Part shown: positions 1-13,750 of the stretch, piece after piece
How positions within the stretch are numbered: position 1 is the stretch's first letter
Layout of the letters: the number at the start of each line of letters is the position of its first letter
DNA from: Eledone cirrhosa
Taxonomy: Eukaryota
Direction: 5' to 3'
DNA length: 64,000 bases
Assembly (NCBI GenBank): GCA_964016885.1
Contig: OZ024743.1
Coordinates: 193,440,001-193,504,000, forward strand
Notes under the pieces: model-generated
The model's database searches: none
What the model saw: the letters and a program-made list of their open reading frames with translations, nothing else
Told to the model about the DNA's origin: nothing
Made by a program: the position numbers and the translations under genes

Positions 1-106
1 AGAAAACTTATTGCTTTAATTGTAGACCAAGTACCCCCTGAAGAAGAACAGCAACCCAAAAAAGGGGATAAAAAGTCCTCCAAATCAGGAAAAAAAGGGA
101 AAGAAG
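1..106 (+). CDS. ARMC3: ARMC3 coding exon (starts before window)
   Basis: Frame open from base 1: RKLIALIVDQVPPEEEQQPKKGDKKSSKSGKKGKE; donor GTGAG at 107; phase fits next exon. Confidence 0.85.
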
Positions 107-717
107 GTGAGAATTTTGACTGTTTTCTTTATAAAGTTATTCTCCATTTTATTTTCAACTCTAGATTGGAGTCAGTCAGTCAGTGTATGTTAATATATTT
201 ATAAGAGTGTGTTAAAGTTTGCTTGAAGCATTGCGAAATATGAAAAGTAGTCGTTTTGGAAGCCTCAACAATGCAGATGGGTAAATCTCCGGGTAACAAA
301 ATCAGGTGGTAGTGAGATGAGAGAGAAAAGTAGGAAGAAGCGTAGATAGAGACATAGAGAGTGTTAATATATTTAATTCTTTATGCCAAGAACTCTCAGA
401 CCAGGATTTAGAGAGAAACATAAAGTCAACAGATGTGGTCAGTGTATTTTAATATATTTAGTTCTTTATGCCAAGAAGGTGTTTTCCCAGAGGATGGTGA
501 GGGAGACACATATCTCAAGTTTATGTTTATTTGTTGGATTGTTAACAGCTAAATCTGGGGTTGGCAACAAATAAATAAATAAAAGCTTAATTTCTTAATT
601 TTATTTGCTTATTGGTTTAGTGTGGAGGAAGGGATTCTGCTTGATAGCTCCTTAAGGGGTGTTGAGATTGATATATTTCCTTTTCCTCTTGAATAGTTTT
701 AAGTGGATGGCTGATAG

Positions 718-751
<34 letters not shown>

Positions 752-842
752 CTCCAGGGGAGCAGCATTCTGGGAAGGAAGACTGGATTTAGTTTTAATT
801 GTTATATCTTTACAAAGTTTTCATATTTGATATTCTATGTAG

Positions 843-956
843 CAAAATCTGTGAAGGAAGATGAAGCTGCAAGTCCAGCTATTGATACTTTTTTTCCACT
901 TCTACCTGATGTAAAGTATGCTGCTGCCAAGGCTGTTGGCCGTGCTGCTAGAAATG
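843..956 (+). CDS. ARMC3: ARMC3 coding exon
   Basis: TAG acceptor, GTAAA donor; AKSVKEDEAASPAIDTFFPLLPDVKYAAAKAVGRAARN (ARM helix). Confidence 0.9.
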
Positions 957-1092
957 GTAAATTCCTCTTCATTTATTTATTTACATGAATTTAAGAATTA
1001 TCTTTTGAAAAGATTTAGATTATATTTTAGTTAGAAACATCATCACCGTCACCATCATTGCTGCCACTATCAACACCACCACCACTGCCAAC

Positions 1093-1158
1093 AAGCAGCA
1101 GCAGCAACAACAGCAACAACAGCAGCAACAGCAACAACAGCAGCAACAACAGCAACAT

Positions 1159-1191
<33 letters not shown>

Positions 1192-1221
1192 CAGCAACAT
1201 CAGCAGCAACAACAGCAACAT

Positions 1222-1253
<32 letters not shown>

Positions 1254-1254
1254 A

Positions 1255-1289
<35 letters not shown>

Positions 1290-1298
1290 ACAGCAGCA
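1093..1298. repeat. (CAG/CAA)n microsatellite, intronic
   Basis: Direct reading. Confidence 0.95.
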
Positions 1299-2773
1299 GA
1301 ATTTTCAAGATTGGTGGGACGAAGATATCCTCAAATTGGAGAACTGGTCTGAATGCTTGTGAGAGAGAGAGGACTCTGCTAAAGGCACTTGGTAGATGGT
1401 AGGCAGATGGTAGGCACCTTAGTGCTGAATGATAGATTTAAGTCTACCCTCTAACTATTTCCAGCATAAGGAGAGAGAGAGCGAGAGAGAGATAGAGAGG
1501 GTGAGAGAGAGGGAGACAGAAAGAGAGAGAAAGAGATATCCACTGATCAAGTGTCAAACTAACTGGAATAATTGGAAACTAAAAACAAAATTAGAATTTT
1601 GTGTTTCGCTCTAACATAGCGGATATATAAATGTATTTGTGAGATTTATATTGAATAATAATAATATTTGATTCGTTTGCAAGCAAACAGCCTCATTACT
1701 CTATGTGTTTTAGACAACCATCGTCATCCCTTTGTTCTAGCAGTGACAGAGAGAAACAATCGACAATGTTGTTTCTGGGTTATTGCTCTTTGTTGATTGT
1801 TTCTCTGTATCACTGTTAGAACATAAGGATGGCGATGGTCATCTAAAAAACAACGTAATGTGGCTGTTTGCTTGCAAACGAATCAAGCAGTGGATTAGCA
1901 GTATCGGTAGAGGGTTGGATGCCATGCTTTGCAGCATAGAATTACAGCCCTTTATGACCTGAGTTCAAATCCCACCAGGATTGAAAAAATAAAGCACCAG
2001 TAATGCACTGTGGTAATTGCTGGCCTTGTGCCAAAAGTAGAAACAATTATTATTCAATATAAAACTCACGAATACATAACTGGAAATTGTAATAATTTTG
2101 ATGGCTTGTAGTGCCTTGAGGTCAAATAATTTAGGTGAGGATATATATAATAAATCATAGTTATAGGACTAAATGAAAAGAAAATAGAATTTATGTTAAC
2201 ACTTACTGTTAACCAGAAGCCAATAACTTCAGCTGTAAAACTGAAATAAACCATTTTCAAAAAGAGATTATCGTGTATAAGATGGTAGAATGATGTAAGT
2301 GAATATTTTTTCATACATTATTTGTTCTAGTTAACAGCAACATATAGTTTAAGATTTTAGTGGGGTTGAATCATGGTTTAGGGCCTTATTGTTATTATCT
2401 GATAAAAAATCTTTTGAATACTGAATTTGTATTTGGTATTCATGCCAACCCTTACCTATGATCTTGGGTAATGAATGAAAAAATATGACAGGAATACAAT
2501 CGGCCGAAATGGGGTTCCTCTGAAGGGTCTTTGGAGTAACGTTATTCAATAGAATGCATAGCTCGGAGATCAACGAGTCATTCCAGATAGAGCTGCTACT
2601 TCTCTGAATTGACAGATCACAGCAGGGGCTCCAGGGCAATTACTCCCTTTGCCCTCGCACCATTAAATCCGAGCCTGACTCCCATCCCAGCACTTTGATA
2701 ATTCAACAACTAAAGAATACATGTAGCTAATCAGAGGCTAACAATTATTAATGTTTCATGAATTATTTTATAG

Positions 2774-2926
2774 CTGAAAGTCGTAAAATATTACATGAAC
2801 TAGAAGTAGAGAAGATGTTGATAAGTCTGTTGTCTCATGAAAACTCTACCATTCAGGCAGCTGCTGCTAATACATTGGCTGTCATGTGTGAAAATCTAAC
2901 ATGTCGACAGGCAGTTGTAGATTACG
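2774..2926 (+). CDS. ARMC3: ARMC3 coding exon (ARM repeat)
   Basis: AESRKILHELEVEKMLISLLSHENSTIQAAAANTLAVMCENLTCRQAVVDY, resembles ARMC3 'RKLFHEQEVEKCL..AMCEN'; TAG/GTAAG. Confidence 0.93.
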
Positions 2927-3393
2927 GTAAGTAGATATATAGATATATATATCATTGTTTAATGTCCATTTTCCATGCTAGCATGAGTATGATGAACTGT
3001 TCCTTTGTGAGAGATCACTCACACAGAACTGATTTTGGCCTGGTTTCTACGACTGGATGCCTTTCCTAGGACCAACTTCATTTACAGTGTGTGCTGGATG
3101 CTTTTTATTGTGACACCTACATGACCACTTTACAGTGTGTGCTCGGTACCTTTTATCATGACTTCTACAGAACCACATTTACAGTGATGACGGGGCATTT
3201 TTTTTCATGACACCTACACGACCATTTTACAGTGTGGGCTGGGTGCTGTTGTAAAAATTCAAGGGTAAGATATTGTTGAGACAAATGTATCTACATTATG
3301 CATATTTCTACGATTATATAGGCGCAATGGTATAAGAATATCTGAGAGAAGAGTTGTTATAAGATCTGACCATCCTTAATTCTGACCATCCTT

Positions 3394-3425
<32 letters not shown>

Positions 3426-4052
3426 CAAAACCTTTTCAGGTTTCCCTTGAAGAAGAAAATCAGGGTAGAGAGGGAAGTGATGCTTTCCAGCCAGTTTGTT
3501 GAAAAATGGGTGAGAGAGGCCGGCTCCAAGTGAATGGGCCTGCTCTGAGTGTGAGCCTGTAGATTGGAGGAAGACAACTGGGACAGGGCAATTGCCCTAG
3601 AAATCAGAACACTCATGGTCTTATGGTTTTTTTTTTTCCATGAGCAGCCATCGAATGTACCATTGTTAAAATTTGTTATTGTTACTTTTGTTTTTACTAT
3701 TGTTAAACCTATCTTTACGGGGTTGATAGAATAAAGCACAAGTAATGCACTGGGAATAATTTTCCCATCGCCCAAAATTGCCATCCTTGTGCCTAAAGTA
3801 GAAGCAATTATTATTATCTTTAAGTTAAGGGCGATGGATTGGCAGAATTGGTAGCGGGTTGGACGCCATTCTTTGCAGCAAAGAGTTACGGCCCTTTACG
3901 GTTTGAGTTCAATCCCGCCAAGATTAACTTTGCCTTTCATCCTTATGGGGTCGATAAAATAAAGCACCAATAATGTAATGGGATAATTGCTGGCTTTTAG
4001 TAGTTATTATTAGTATCTTTAATTATATACACATATATATATTTTGTTACAG

Positions 4053-4161
4053 AGGGTTTTCTACCACTTGTACGTCTTCTCCGTTCAGACAATGGTGAAA
4101 CACTACAGGCAGTTACGCTTGTTCTTCGCTACCTTACAAATGCCAACCTATCAAATTGTTT
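4053..4161 (+). CDS. ARMC3: ARMC3 coding exon (ARM repeat)
   Basis: EGFLPLVRLLRSDNGETLQAVTLVLRYLTNANLSNC; CAG/GTATG; phase consistent. Confidence 0.92.
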
Positions 4162-6219
4162 GTATGTATTTCTACAGATTCTACAGTTTCAATTGTTTTA
4201 GTTCTATTCTTGAAGTCTCTTTGATGCCTACTTTTGTTAACATGTTTCTAATGAAAAACTCCTCCTCCTCCTCCTCCTCCTCCTCCTTCTTCTTCTTCTT
4301 GCTCCATGAAGCCGGGGTCATGCTAAGCCAGCGATCCCAAAGCATCGTCGTGTGTAGAGCTGACTCGGTTTTGTAACAGGTTGATGGTTCTTCTGGGTGG
4401 GTTGTTGACCTTCCGCAGAATAGTTGGATGATGGAGCTGCCATTGTGGTGGCGAGCTGACATGCTGTGGGTAACTGTTGGTCTGGAACCTCCCTGGGAGA
4501 CCGACCTGCCTTGGGTGGCCCTACCAGGAGCAAAGCTCTAGATGGTAATACTCTTTAGGATTTACAGAACACACAAGCCCTGTTGCCACGACAAGACCAA
4601 ACCCAGGAGGGGGCATAATGAAAAACATTAATTATTTAAGTTTTCAAAATTAATTATATAAATAATGAAAAAAAGGGGAGAAGGGTAAAGAAGGGCAGAT
4701 CTGGCAGTATAGGAAAGTAAAGGAGAGGACTATAAAATGCCATAAATGAGAAGAAAAGGAAAGGAAGAGCAAAGACTGTTCAGCCACGGAAGAAAGAGAG
4801 GAGGAAGAGGAGAGGGTGACAGGGGCAGTTAGTAATATAATTTAACTTTCTCATTATTATACTAATGAAGGGCAGTGACTTAGCAATATCAATTGAGCAT
4901 CTGATAAAATGCTTTGTGGTATTTAGCTATGACTTTCTATGTTCTTATTTGAAATTCCATTGAAGTCAGCTTTGCCTTTCATCCTCGCAGGGTCGATAAA
5001 ATAAAGTACCAGTTAAATACTGGGCTCAATATAATCGACTTTCCCCTCCTCCCAAGTTGCTGGCCTTGTGCCAGTTTTAGAAAGAATTATTAAGCTAATA
5101 TTTGGAACATAACTTAACAAAGATTAAAATTATTAGGGAAGATTTTTAGATTAATATAAACACTTAAAATAATCAGTTTTGTATTGTAGAACCAGGGGCA
5201 GTTTCAGGTAATTTTGGTATCAAAGAGGTTAAAATATGAAATACGTAGTTTGCTATATATATTTTAACAGATCTAATTTTAACAATACACTGATCTGATT
5301 GTTTTTTTAATATAGTTATCCTCCAAAACTATTTTCTACTCTACTATGTTAACTGCCTCACCCATACACACCAAGTGTGGTGTGAAAGTAACTTCAATTG
5401 CTTCAAAACAAGAAGGCCATTTGTCTGGAAAATGTACCTGCAAACAATGCATATCAGAGCTTGCTCCTCTCTTTACCAAGCGCTCTCTCTCTCTGATGTG
5501 AATACACACAACATGAACAGCTTCTCTGGCCCCTCTAACTAATGTTCCTTATTTTCAACTTCTCAAGAGCAATAGAGATGGTTCTCTCCAACTCAGTTTC
5601 AGTTTTGGTTTTGTCCGGCACACTCCATTCTATACATGAATGCCCCTCACCCCACCCACAGTAACACCCACTCCTATATAGATGATAGATATTACCCTTC
5701 ATTGCTCTCTGCCCTTCATCATATAAGTATATCAATCAAGATTTTAATCATCATCATCATCATCATCATCATTTTACATCTGCTTTTCCCTGCTTGCAAG
5801 GGTGGGACGGGAACTGATTCTGGCTTGATTTCTACAGCTGGATGCCTTTCCTAACACCAACCTCATTTACAATGAGTGCTGGGTGCTTTTTTGCAGTGGA
5901 ATGATAGGGACTCCAGTCCCTATCATCTCATTTCTATAGCTGAGTAAACTGGAACAATGGGAAATAAAGTGTCTTGCTCAAGGAAACAACACATCACCCG
6001 GTCTGAGAATTGAACTCACAACCTTTCGATTGCAAGGCCAATGCTCTAACCACTAAGTCATGTGCCTCTTTAATATATAAAATAATAATGTTTTCTTTAA
6101 ATAATAATGAAAATGATTGTGTACAGTGCTCAGATGTACTACAACTCATCAAAGGTACATGTATGGTACATAGAATAATAGGAACCCTTTAAAATGGGTG
6201 GTTTTATTTCATTGAACCA

Positions 6220-6600
6220 GAGCTAACCATAGTATCAGAGCTGTGATCTCTCAATTCAGAGAAGTAGCAGCTCTATCTGGTGTGACTCTCTGATCTCCGA
6301 GCTACGCACTCTATTAAGTAATCTTACTACAAAGACCCTTTGGAGGAACCCCATTTTGGCCACTTGTATTTGCGATTATATTCATTCAGAAAGAATCACT
6401 GGACAGATTTTACAGGCAAAATCAGCAGGAGACCTAGGGGTAGACCCTGAGCAAGATGTTTGGATAATATCCATGAGCTTGGCTGCTCTCAACTTGGGGA
6501 TTCAGCCAAATCAGTTGGAGATGATTGCTTCGGACAGAACCCACTGGAAGGTGTGTTTGAGGACTCTGCTCCTATGACCATCTCAGGAGTATGTAGGCAA
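6220..6600 (+). mobile_element. short repeat family derived from an RTE 3' end
   Basis: Encodes decayed 'WLDNIHEL..LGIQPNQLEMIASDRTHWKECLRTLP'; related copies near 2490-2620, 8745-9120, 9470-9720, 26480-26650, 53640-53870. Confidence 0.65.
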
Positions 6601-7744
6601 AGAAAAAGAAGAACCAAAGCTGGTTTTAACCAAATTGATATCAAAAGGGTTAAATCCACAGCTAGGATAAATTATAAGAATATATTAACTACAATAAACA
6701 AAATAATATTAAAGTTTCTTCCTTATACATCTCATCTATGGAATTCTCCCCCCAGCTTCTTGCTCTCCTGACTTCCACAATTTGCAAAAATTCAAAAGCA
6801 ACATCAATCACCATCTTTTCTCTTTCCTTGAATTATGTTTTTTCTGTAACCCCTTTGCATTTTAGTGGCTACAAGAATGTAGAAGAGCCTCTGGAGATAT
6901 AATAGTTATACAATATTAAGAATATAAACTATGTTATCTCGAATATAGAGATAATGATGATGATGATGATCAAGTTTGAAGCGTCAGTGTATTAGAGTTT
7001 CATCATCATCATCATCACCGTTTTACGTCCGTTCTTCCACGCTAGCATGGGTTAGACGGGTTGTCCTGTTGTGGGCAGTGTCTGGTCGGCTGACCATGTC
7101 TTGCTCATACAGGAACTGATCTGGCTTGATTTCTACAGCTGGATGCCCTTCCTAACACCAACCTCAGTTTGTAAAATAATAATAAGAACTCAACACAAGG
7201 AAGTTGTTAAAACAGGAAAATGTCGTCAATGACATTGTCTGGTAAGATCGTTGAAACCACAGGCGGTCTAAAAGTTGATGAGTGTATATAAATGTTTGTG
7301 TGATCTTCTCTTGTCGATTTTCTTCCTTTTCTTATTTCTTCCTATCACTTCTGTTGGCCAAAACACTTCTAACTGCTGATTTCTTTCCTTTGGGGTAAAT
7401 CTTACCCGACACTGCATTGAGTTCTTCCCATTATTCTACGAATATTAAGAATATTTGTTTGGAATACAACTCGGGCTGTGCATGTTCCATTGTCATTGCT
7501 TCAGTAATAAAGTCTTGAGAAAAGCAAAGAGTGTTTGAGACTCCTTTATGACAAAAGAAACTCTTAGCATGTCTGAAATACAATGGATGAAACAACGATG
7601 AGGTGGGGAACAAATAGTAAACTGCATGCAGCATGGAATGAAACTGAAACAACGAGAATGGAACATGCACAGCCTGAGTTGTATTCCTTTATAAATGATT
7701 GCATCTGAAATTTTTATCTAAAAAAATATTTCTTTAAATTCTAG

Positions 7745-7921
7745 AGAAGTTTCAAAGTCACATGGAATTGGTCCATTGATTCATTTATTGGAAGATAGTA
7801 ATGAAGGAGCTGTGTCTAACGCCGCAGCTGTTCTCACTAATCTTGCTCTTCATGAATCTCTGCGACAGGATGTTAAGCAGAAAGGTGTTATTAGTGCTCT
7901 TGTCAAAGCACTTAAATTTGT
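7745..7921 (+). CDS. ARMC3: ARMC3 coding exon (ARM repeats)
   Basis: EVSKSHGIGPLIHLLEDSNEGAVSNAAAVLTNLALHESLRQDVKQKGVISALVKALKF; TAG/GTAAG. Confidence 0.93.
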
Positions 7922-7947
7922 GTAAGTTTCTACTACTTTATACTCTT

Positions 7948-8366
7948 CATCATCATCATCATCATTGTCCTCGTCATCATCATCGTCATCATCACCATCT
8001 TCATCATCATCATCATCACCACCACCACCACCATCAGAACTCTCAACAACATCATCATCATCATCATCAGAGCTACCAACATCACCACCGTCACCACCAC
8101 CACCACCATCATCACCACCACCGCCACCACCCTCACCACCACCACCACAACCACCACCACCACCACCATCAGAACTCTCAACAACATCATCATCATCAGA
8201 GCTACCGACATCACCACCACCACCAACCACCACCACCATCACCACCACCGCCACCACTATCACCACCACCACCATCACCAGCACCACCACCATCACCACC
8301 ACCACCATCACCACCACCACCACCACCACCACCACCACCACCATCACTGCCACCGCCACCACCACA
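7948..8366. repeat. (CAT/CAC)n compound microsatellite, intronic
   Basis: Direct reading; includes a duplicated CAGAACTCTCAACAACATC block. Confidence 0.95.
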
Positions 8367-8549
8367 ATATTGCCCTGGGCTAGTAATGGCTCAATATTTG
8401 ATCCTCCCTTCTGTTTAGTGGCCATCATTCTTGGGGTTAGGATGAAATATTTCTCCAATAAACATCAAAGATATATTCTTCATTCTTCTGATAATTGTTA
8501 GTGTTACCTCATATTATTTTTACTAATAAGATTTATTATATTATTTCAG

Positions 8550-8625
8550 AACCAACAAAGTAACTCAGAGCCAGGTGTTGATGGCACTTGCCAATTATGT
8601 AAACAATCCTTCATCAAGAGATGAA
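8550..8625 (+). CDS. ARMC3: ARMC3 coding exon
   Basis: TNKVTQSQVLMALANYVNNPSSRDE; CAG/GTAAG. Confidence 0.9.
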
Positions 8626-9206
8626 GTAAGTCTTAGCAATTTACACAATAATGGTACCACCTCCTCCTCCTCCTCCTTCTTCTTCTTCTTCTTCTTCTTC
8701 TTCTTCTTCTTCTTCTTCTTCTTCTTCTTCTTCTTCTTCTTCTTCTTGAGAGGGTTGTCAGGTCAGAGTTCTCAAGCATGCCTTTTAGAAGGTCCTATTA
8801 TCAGAAGCAACTGTTTCCAAATGATTCAGTTGGATCCCCAAGTGGTACCATGCCAGGTGATGGATGTTATCCAACTATCTTGCTCTTGATGTACCGCTAG
8901 GACCTGTTGGCTTTGTCCTGACAATCTATCCAGCGATTTACTCTTTTGATATTCTAACCTCATGTCCATAGTACTGGAGCTGTGATTTCTCAATGCAGAG
9001 AACTAACAGCTGTACTTAGAGTAACTCCCTGATCTTTGTGTACTTAGAGTAACTCCCTGATCTTTGAGCTACACACCCTATCGAGTAACATTACTCCAGA
9101 GATCCAGAGATCCTTCAAAGAAAACTTAATATTCACAATCATATTCTTTTACTAACTATCCAAGATAGTTCATTTACTCTAATGTTTTTTTCTCTAATTG
9201 AATCAG

Positions 9207-9343
9207 TTAAGAAATGCCAATGGTGTAGAAACAGTGGTGAAGATGTTGAAATCTGATAACAAAGATGTTGTGAAAAATGCAGCATGGACTATCTACATAG
9301 CAGCTGCTGATGAAACAACAGCTTTTGAGATATGTGTTTGTGG
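9207..9343 (+). CDS. ARMC3: ARMC3 coding exon (ARM repeat)
   Basis: LRNANGVETVVKMLKSDNKDVVKNAAWTIYIAAADETTAFEICVCG; CAG/GTAAG. Confidence 0.93.
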
Positions 9344-10021
9344 GTAAGTATCTTTTAAAAGAATTATTCTGCTAAAATATCGTACAAGCTTTAGGAAACT
9401 TCTTACAAGATAAAGCAGTTGGTAGTTGTTTGCATTGTAAGTTAGGATGTATGTCTTCCTTTCTAATTCTTCGCCCACTTATTCCTGAGAGGGTTGTTGG
9501 GGCAGAGTCCTGAAATACTCCTTCCAGCTGGTCCTGTCAGAAGCAACCATCTCTAACTGATCCGGTTGGGTCCTCAAGCAAGTCCAGCGAAGCTCATGGA
9601 TGTTATCCAAACATCTTGATTGAAGTCTACTACCCTTGGGTTTGGTTTTTGTCTGTAAAATCTGTACAACTATTTCCTCCCGAGACATTCTAGCCACATA
9701 CCTATAGTATTGGAGCTGTGGTCAAAGTGGCTGGTGACTTAGGATTACAAAGATATTTGGAAAATAATTCAGGAACTCATTCAGGTTTCAATCTTTTGAT
9801 CATAAAAGAGAGATTGACAAAATAAATACCAGACTTGAAAAAATAAGTACCGGGAGGTTGATAGCCACAGTCTAATAACTGAAACCAGTAAAAGAGTGTC
9901 TGAGGATTTTATTTATTATATATTTATTTTTATGCTACTGATAATGATATTTTTTAAATATAACAATTTTCTATAAATTCTGTTGTAAGGAATTCCTACT
10001 ATGATTTTATTTGTTTCCAAG

Positions 10022-10146
10022 AGGTCTGAAAACTCTCCAAGAGATTAATTTGAACTCAAATCAACGTAGTTACTTCACCGAAGCTGCTCTTGAACGACTG
10101 TTTGACAACAACCTTTCTGCAAAGTTTTCATTTTGTGGCTACCTGG
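10022..10146 (+). CDS. ARMC3: ARMC3 coding exon
   Basis: GLKTLQEINLNSNQRSYFTEAALERLFDNNLSAKFSFCGYL (ARMC3-like 'NNLS.K.S..GYL'); AAG/GTAAG. Confidence 0.92.
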
Positions 10147-10726
10147 GTAAGAAAAAACAACAGCAATTTTCTTCTGATATTTAATAATAATAATAATGAA
10201 ATTATTGTGTACAGTGCTCAGGTGCACTACAACTCATCAAAGGTGCATGTATAGTACTTAGAATAATGTACAAATGTCAGGAAAATGAACAGTGTACGAG
10301 TCATGAAATACATGTGTGTGTGTGTGTGTATGGAGTGGGGATATCAGGGATAGTGTTGGTGAATTTCAGGAAGCATGGAGGTTTTAAAGGATGCAGTGTC
10401 TTGACAGCTAATAACTGAAGCAGGTAGTTTATTCATCTATATCAGGGATTTCAAAGTTCATGTTCCAATCAAAAGGTCCTGGGTTCTAACCCAGGTCCAT
10501 GTGATTTGAAAGTGAACTTTTTATTTGAGCAGCATGACTGAGATAGAAAATGCATTGTGTGTGTTTGTGTGTGTAGATTTTACATATATGTATATGCATA
10601 TATATATATATGTATGTATATATATATGTATGTGTATATATATATGTATATATATATATATATATATATGTATAAATATATATATATATATATATGTGTA
10701 TATATATATGTGTATATATATATGTG

Positions 10727-10757
<31 letters not shown>

Positions 10758-11360
10758 TTATATTTACATTAACTATGTTAATTAGTCTAATTTCTTAATC
10801 ATGATGAAATTGCAGTCTGAGCAAAATGTACATGTCTCAGTGGCCTAGTGGTAGGTATTAGAGATGGTGGAGATCCTGGTCTGGGCTTCAATCTCAGTCA
10901 TGATCTGCACTAAATTCTATCATTTGTTGTAGTGCACCTGAGCATTGTACACAATAATTTTCATTTTCCTTATATTTTTTCCTTAAATATATTTTTTTCT
11001 TAATAGTAATATACTTTATAATATTATACCTAAATATAATTTTGTATAAACAGTGCTCTGCAAAATATAGATTTTAGTCATTTTTGAGCTGATTTAGGGT
11101 ATATGATTGAAATAATTTTTATTTTAATCTTCTTTTATAATATATATATATATATATATATATGTCATCATCATCATCATCATCATTGTTTAGTGTCTAT
11201 TTTTCCATGCTTTCATGGGTTTGATGGGTTGTTCACAGTGTGAGACAAATCTGGCCAGAATTGGCCATGCTGTACCTTGCTCCGACAAGGACTATAAATT
11301 TGGCTGAGGATTTTACAGCTGGACGCCCTTCCTAACACCAACCACATTTACAATATATAT

Positions 11361-12741
11361 CATCATCATCTTTGTTTAGTGTCCATCTTCCATGCTAGCA
11401 TGGGTTAGACGGGAGTTGTCCCACTTGAGGAAAGGTTGGTCGGGTGACCGTGTCTCGCTCATATAGGACTATCTGGCAGGTTTTCTACGGCTGGATGCCC
11501 TTCCTAACACCAACCACATTTACAGTGTGGAACTGGGAACTTTTTACCCTGTTACCTACACAGCCACATTACAGTGTGGACTGTGTTTTTTTTTGTTGTG
11601 ACACCTACACGATCTCAATCTCATTATCTCATTTATTTGGACTGGATGTTGTGGTACCAACTTTACAGAGAGAGGGTGGTGTTGGTGGGAGTGGGAGGAT
11701 AAGGTAGGGGTAGTGGATTGGGGTGTATATTTGGTTAAGAGGTGCTCACTTTGTACATAGGCAAAGCAGGTCTTCTGTGTTATTGTCTTAGAGAGGTGCA
11801 AGTGTGTAAGGTCGGAATTTATCAGATCATCACAGGTTTTTCTGGGTCTACCTACTCCGTAACTACCATCAATTTTGATCGCCCTGTACTTTTTTTATAC
11901 AGCTATCATCTTTCATGCGCATCACGTGGCCATACCAACGTAGTTTTCTCTCAAGTAAACAGCATCTGATCCCTCTTATTCCTAATTTCTCACTTAGTTC
12001 ATTTATGCTTTGCCGTTCACGTATATTACTATTACACATCCAACGGAGCATGCATGTTTCGTTCCTTTCCAGTCTGCGCAGGTCCTCTGCACGTAATGCC
12101 CATGTCTCACTGCCATGTAGCATTGCTGTTCGTATACAGGCATCATACAATCTGCCTTTCATTTTTAGAGAGAAACCTTTTGTGGCCAACAGCGGTATAA
12201 TCTCTCTGAACTTTTTCCATCCCGTTCTGACTCTGGCTACTGTACTTTCAGAACACCCTCCACCACTGCTGATTTCGTCACCCAGGTAACAGAAAGTGTC
12301 CACTATTTCTATAGAACCATCTGGGCATAGAAGGAGCTAGTATCCTGTGGACACTTGGTACTTATTGCACCTGAGCATCGGTCACATATAAAGTCTACGT
12401 TCTTAGATAGTTTACCTGTGAACCCACTACATCTTTTATGTACCCATACTTTGCATTTGGGACATAAAATGGAATTTCTGCCTACTCCTTTCCTACGCAC
12501 TGAGCATGGCCATTTCCCTGAGGGCACCTGTGCCCTATTTTCCTTTCTACAAACTAGAACTTTAGTCTTAGACAAGTTAACTTTAAGGCCTTTTGATTCT
12601 AGGCCATGCTTCCATGTTAAGAATTTCTTCTCTAGTTCAGCCATTGATTCAGCTATGAGCGTTAGATCATCTGCATATAGGAGTTCCCATGGGCAGCCGG
12701 TCTTGAACTCCTCTGTTATAGCTTGAAGGGCAATAATAAAT
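11361..12741 (-). mobile_element. RTE-clade LINE, 5'-truncated and frameshifted
   Basis: LLYADD RT motif, PHD-like Cys cluster, 'FCYLG', 'RWYGHV.R'; 3' UTR with (ATG)n tail. Confidence 0.9.
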
Positions 12742-12831
12742 GTGGTGTATTATTATGGTTGATGATTGTAGCAGCATGACTGGGGTAGGAAATGCATCAT
12801 GTGTATGTGTGTGTAAATTTTAAAGAGTTAC

Positions 12832-12872
<41 letters not shown>

Positions 12873-13432
12873 TACAAACACACAGCATATTTTTATGGTT
12901 GGTATTCCATTCCTTATTCTGCAAATCTTCTATTTAACTCTTTCATTATTGTATTTCTAATGGAATTCGCTGCCTATGTGTTTCAGAGAACTTTGAAAAC
13001 AATCAAATATTTGCAGGAATTCAATATATTAATTAACTATTTCATTATTAAGCTGATATTTAGAACATTACTTAACATAAAAATATCTTAAATATGATTA
13101 TGATGGAAGGATTTGATATAAGTGAAGCAAAATTGAATAATTAAATGTGTGTGTTAGTGTTGCAGGCATGATGATGAAAATGATTATGTTGGTGTGGAAG
13201 GCATGAGGCATTGAAGGAAGGAAAAAACATCATATCTAACAATTCTTCATTTACATTGTAAACATTTATCACTACAATAAATAAATATGGCTGCTTTGAA
13301 TCATAACAGTGTTACTGTTCATACAAAAAAAGATGAAAAAAAAAACATGTGACAAATAACAACATACAGGAATAGTTACAAGTTTGGAATAGCAAAGAGT
13401 AGTTATAAGGATGAAGATGTGTGTATGGAGGG

Positions 13433-13750
13433 GTGTGATGGCACATGGCTTTGTGGTTAGGGTATTTGGTTTACAATCATAAGGTTGTGAGTTTGATTCC
13501 TGGTGGCGTGTTATGTCCTTAAGCAAGACACTTTATTTTACGTTGTTTCAGTGCACTCAGCTGGCAAAAATGAGTTGTACCTGTAATTTGAATAGCTAAC
13601 TTTTTCACATTCTGTATCATGCTGAATCTCCCTGAGACTACATTAAGGGTACGCATTTCTGTGGAATGCTCAGCCACTTGCAAGTTAATTTCATGAGCAG
13701 GCTGTTCCAGATCAACTGGAACACTCATCGTTGTAACCGGTGGAGTGTCT
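13433..13750 (+). mobile_element. tRNA-derived SINE family B
   Basis: tRNA-like head + GTCCTTRAGCAAGACAC + CTGAATCTCCCTGAGA body; copies at 21572-21898 and 60814-61085; related heads at 18450-18730 and 63010-63270. Confidence 0.8.

Noticed and set aside
1027-1402. Poly-Leu and poly-Ser/Asn ORFs
   Set aside because: Translations of an intronic CAG/CAA microsatellite
3392-3784. 130-aa minus-strand ORF
   Set aside because: Patchwork of a SINE fragment, a probable decayed LINE piece and a TA repeat
7240-7285. CTGGTAAGA...GAAACC..GGTC hammerhead-like text
   Set aside because: Core has insertions and there is no stem I pairing
7801-8501. His/Pro/Thr-rich ORFs resembling mucin or extensin
   Set aside because: CAT/CAC microsatellite in an ARMC3 intron; the real exon ends at 7921 in another frame
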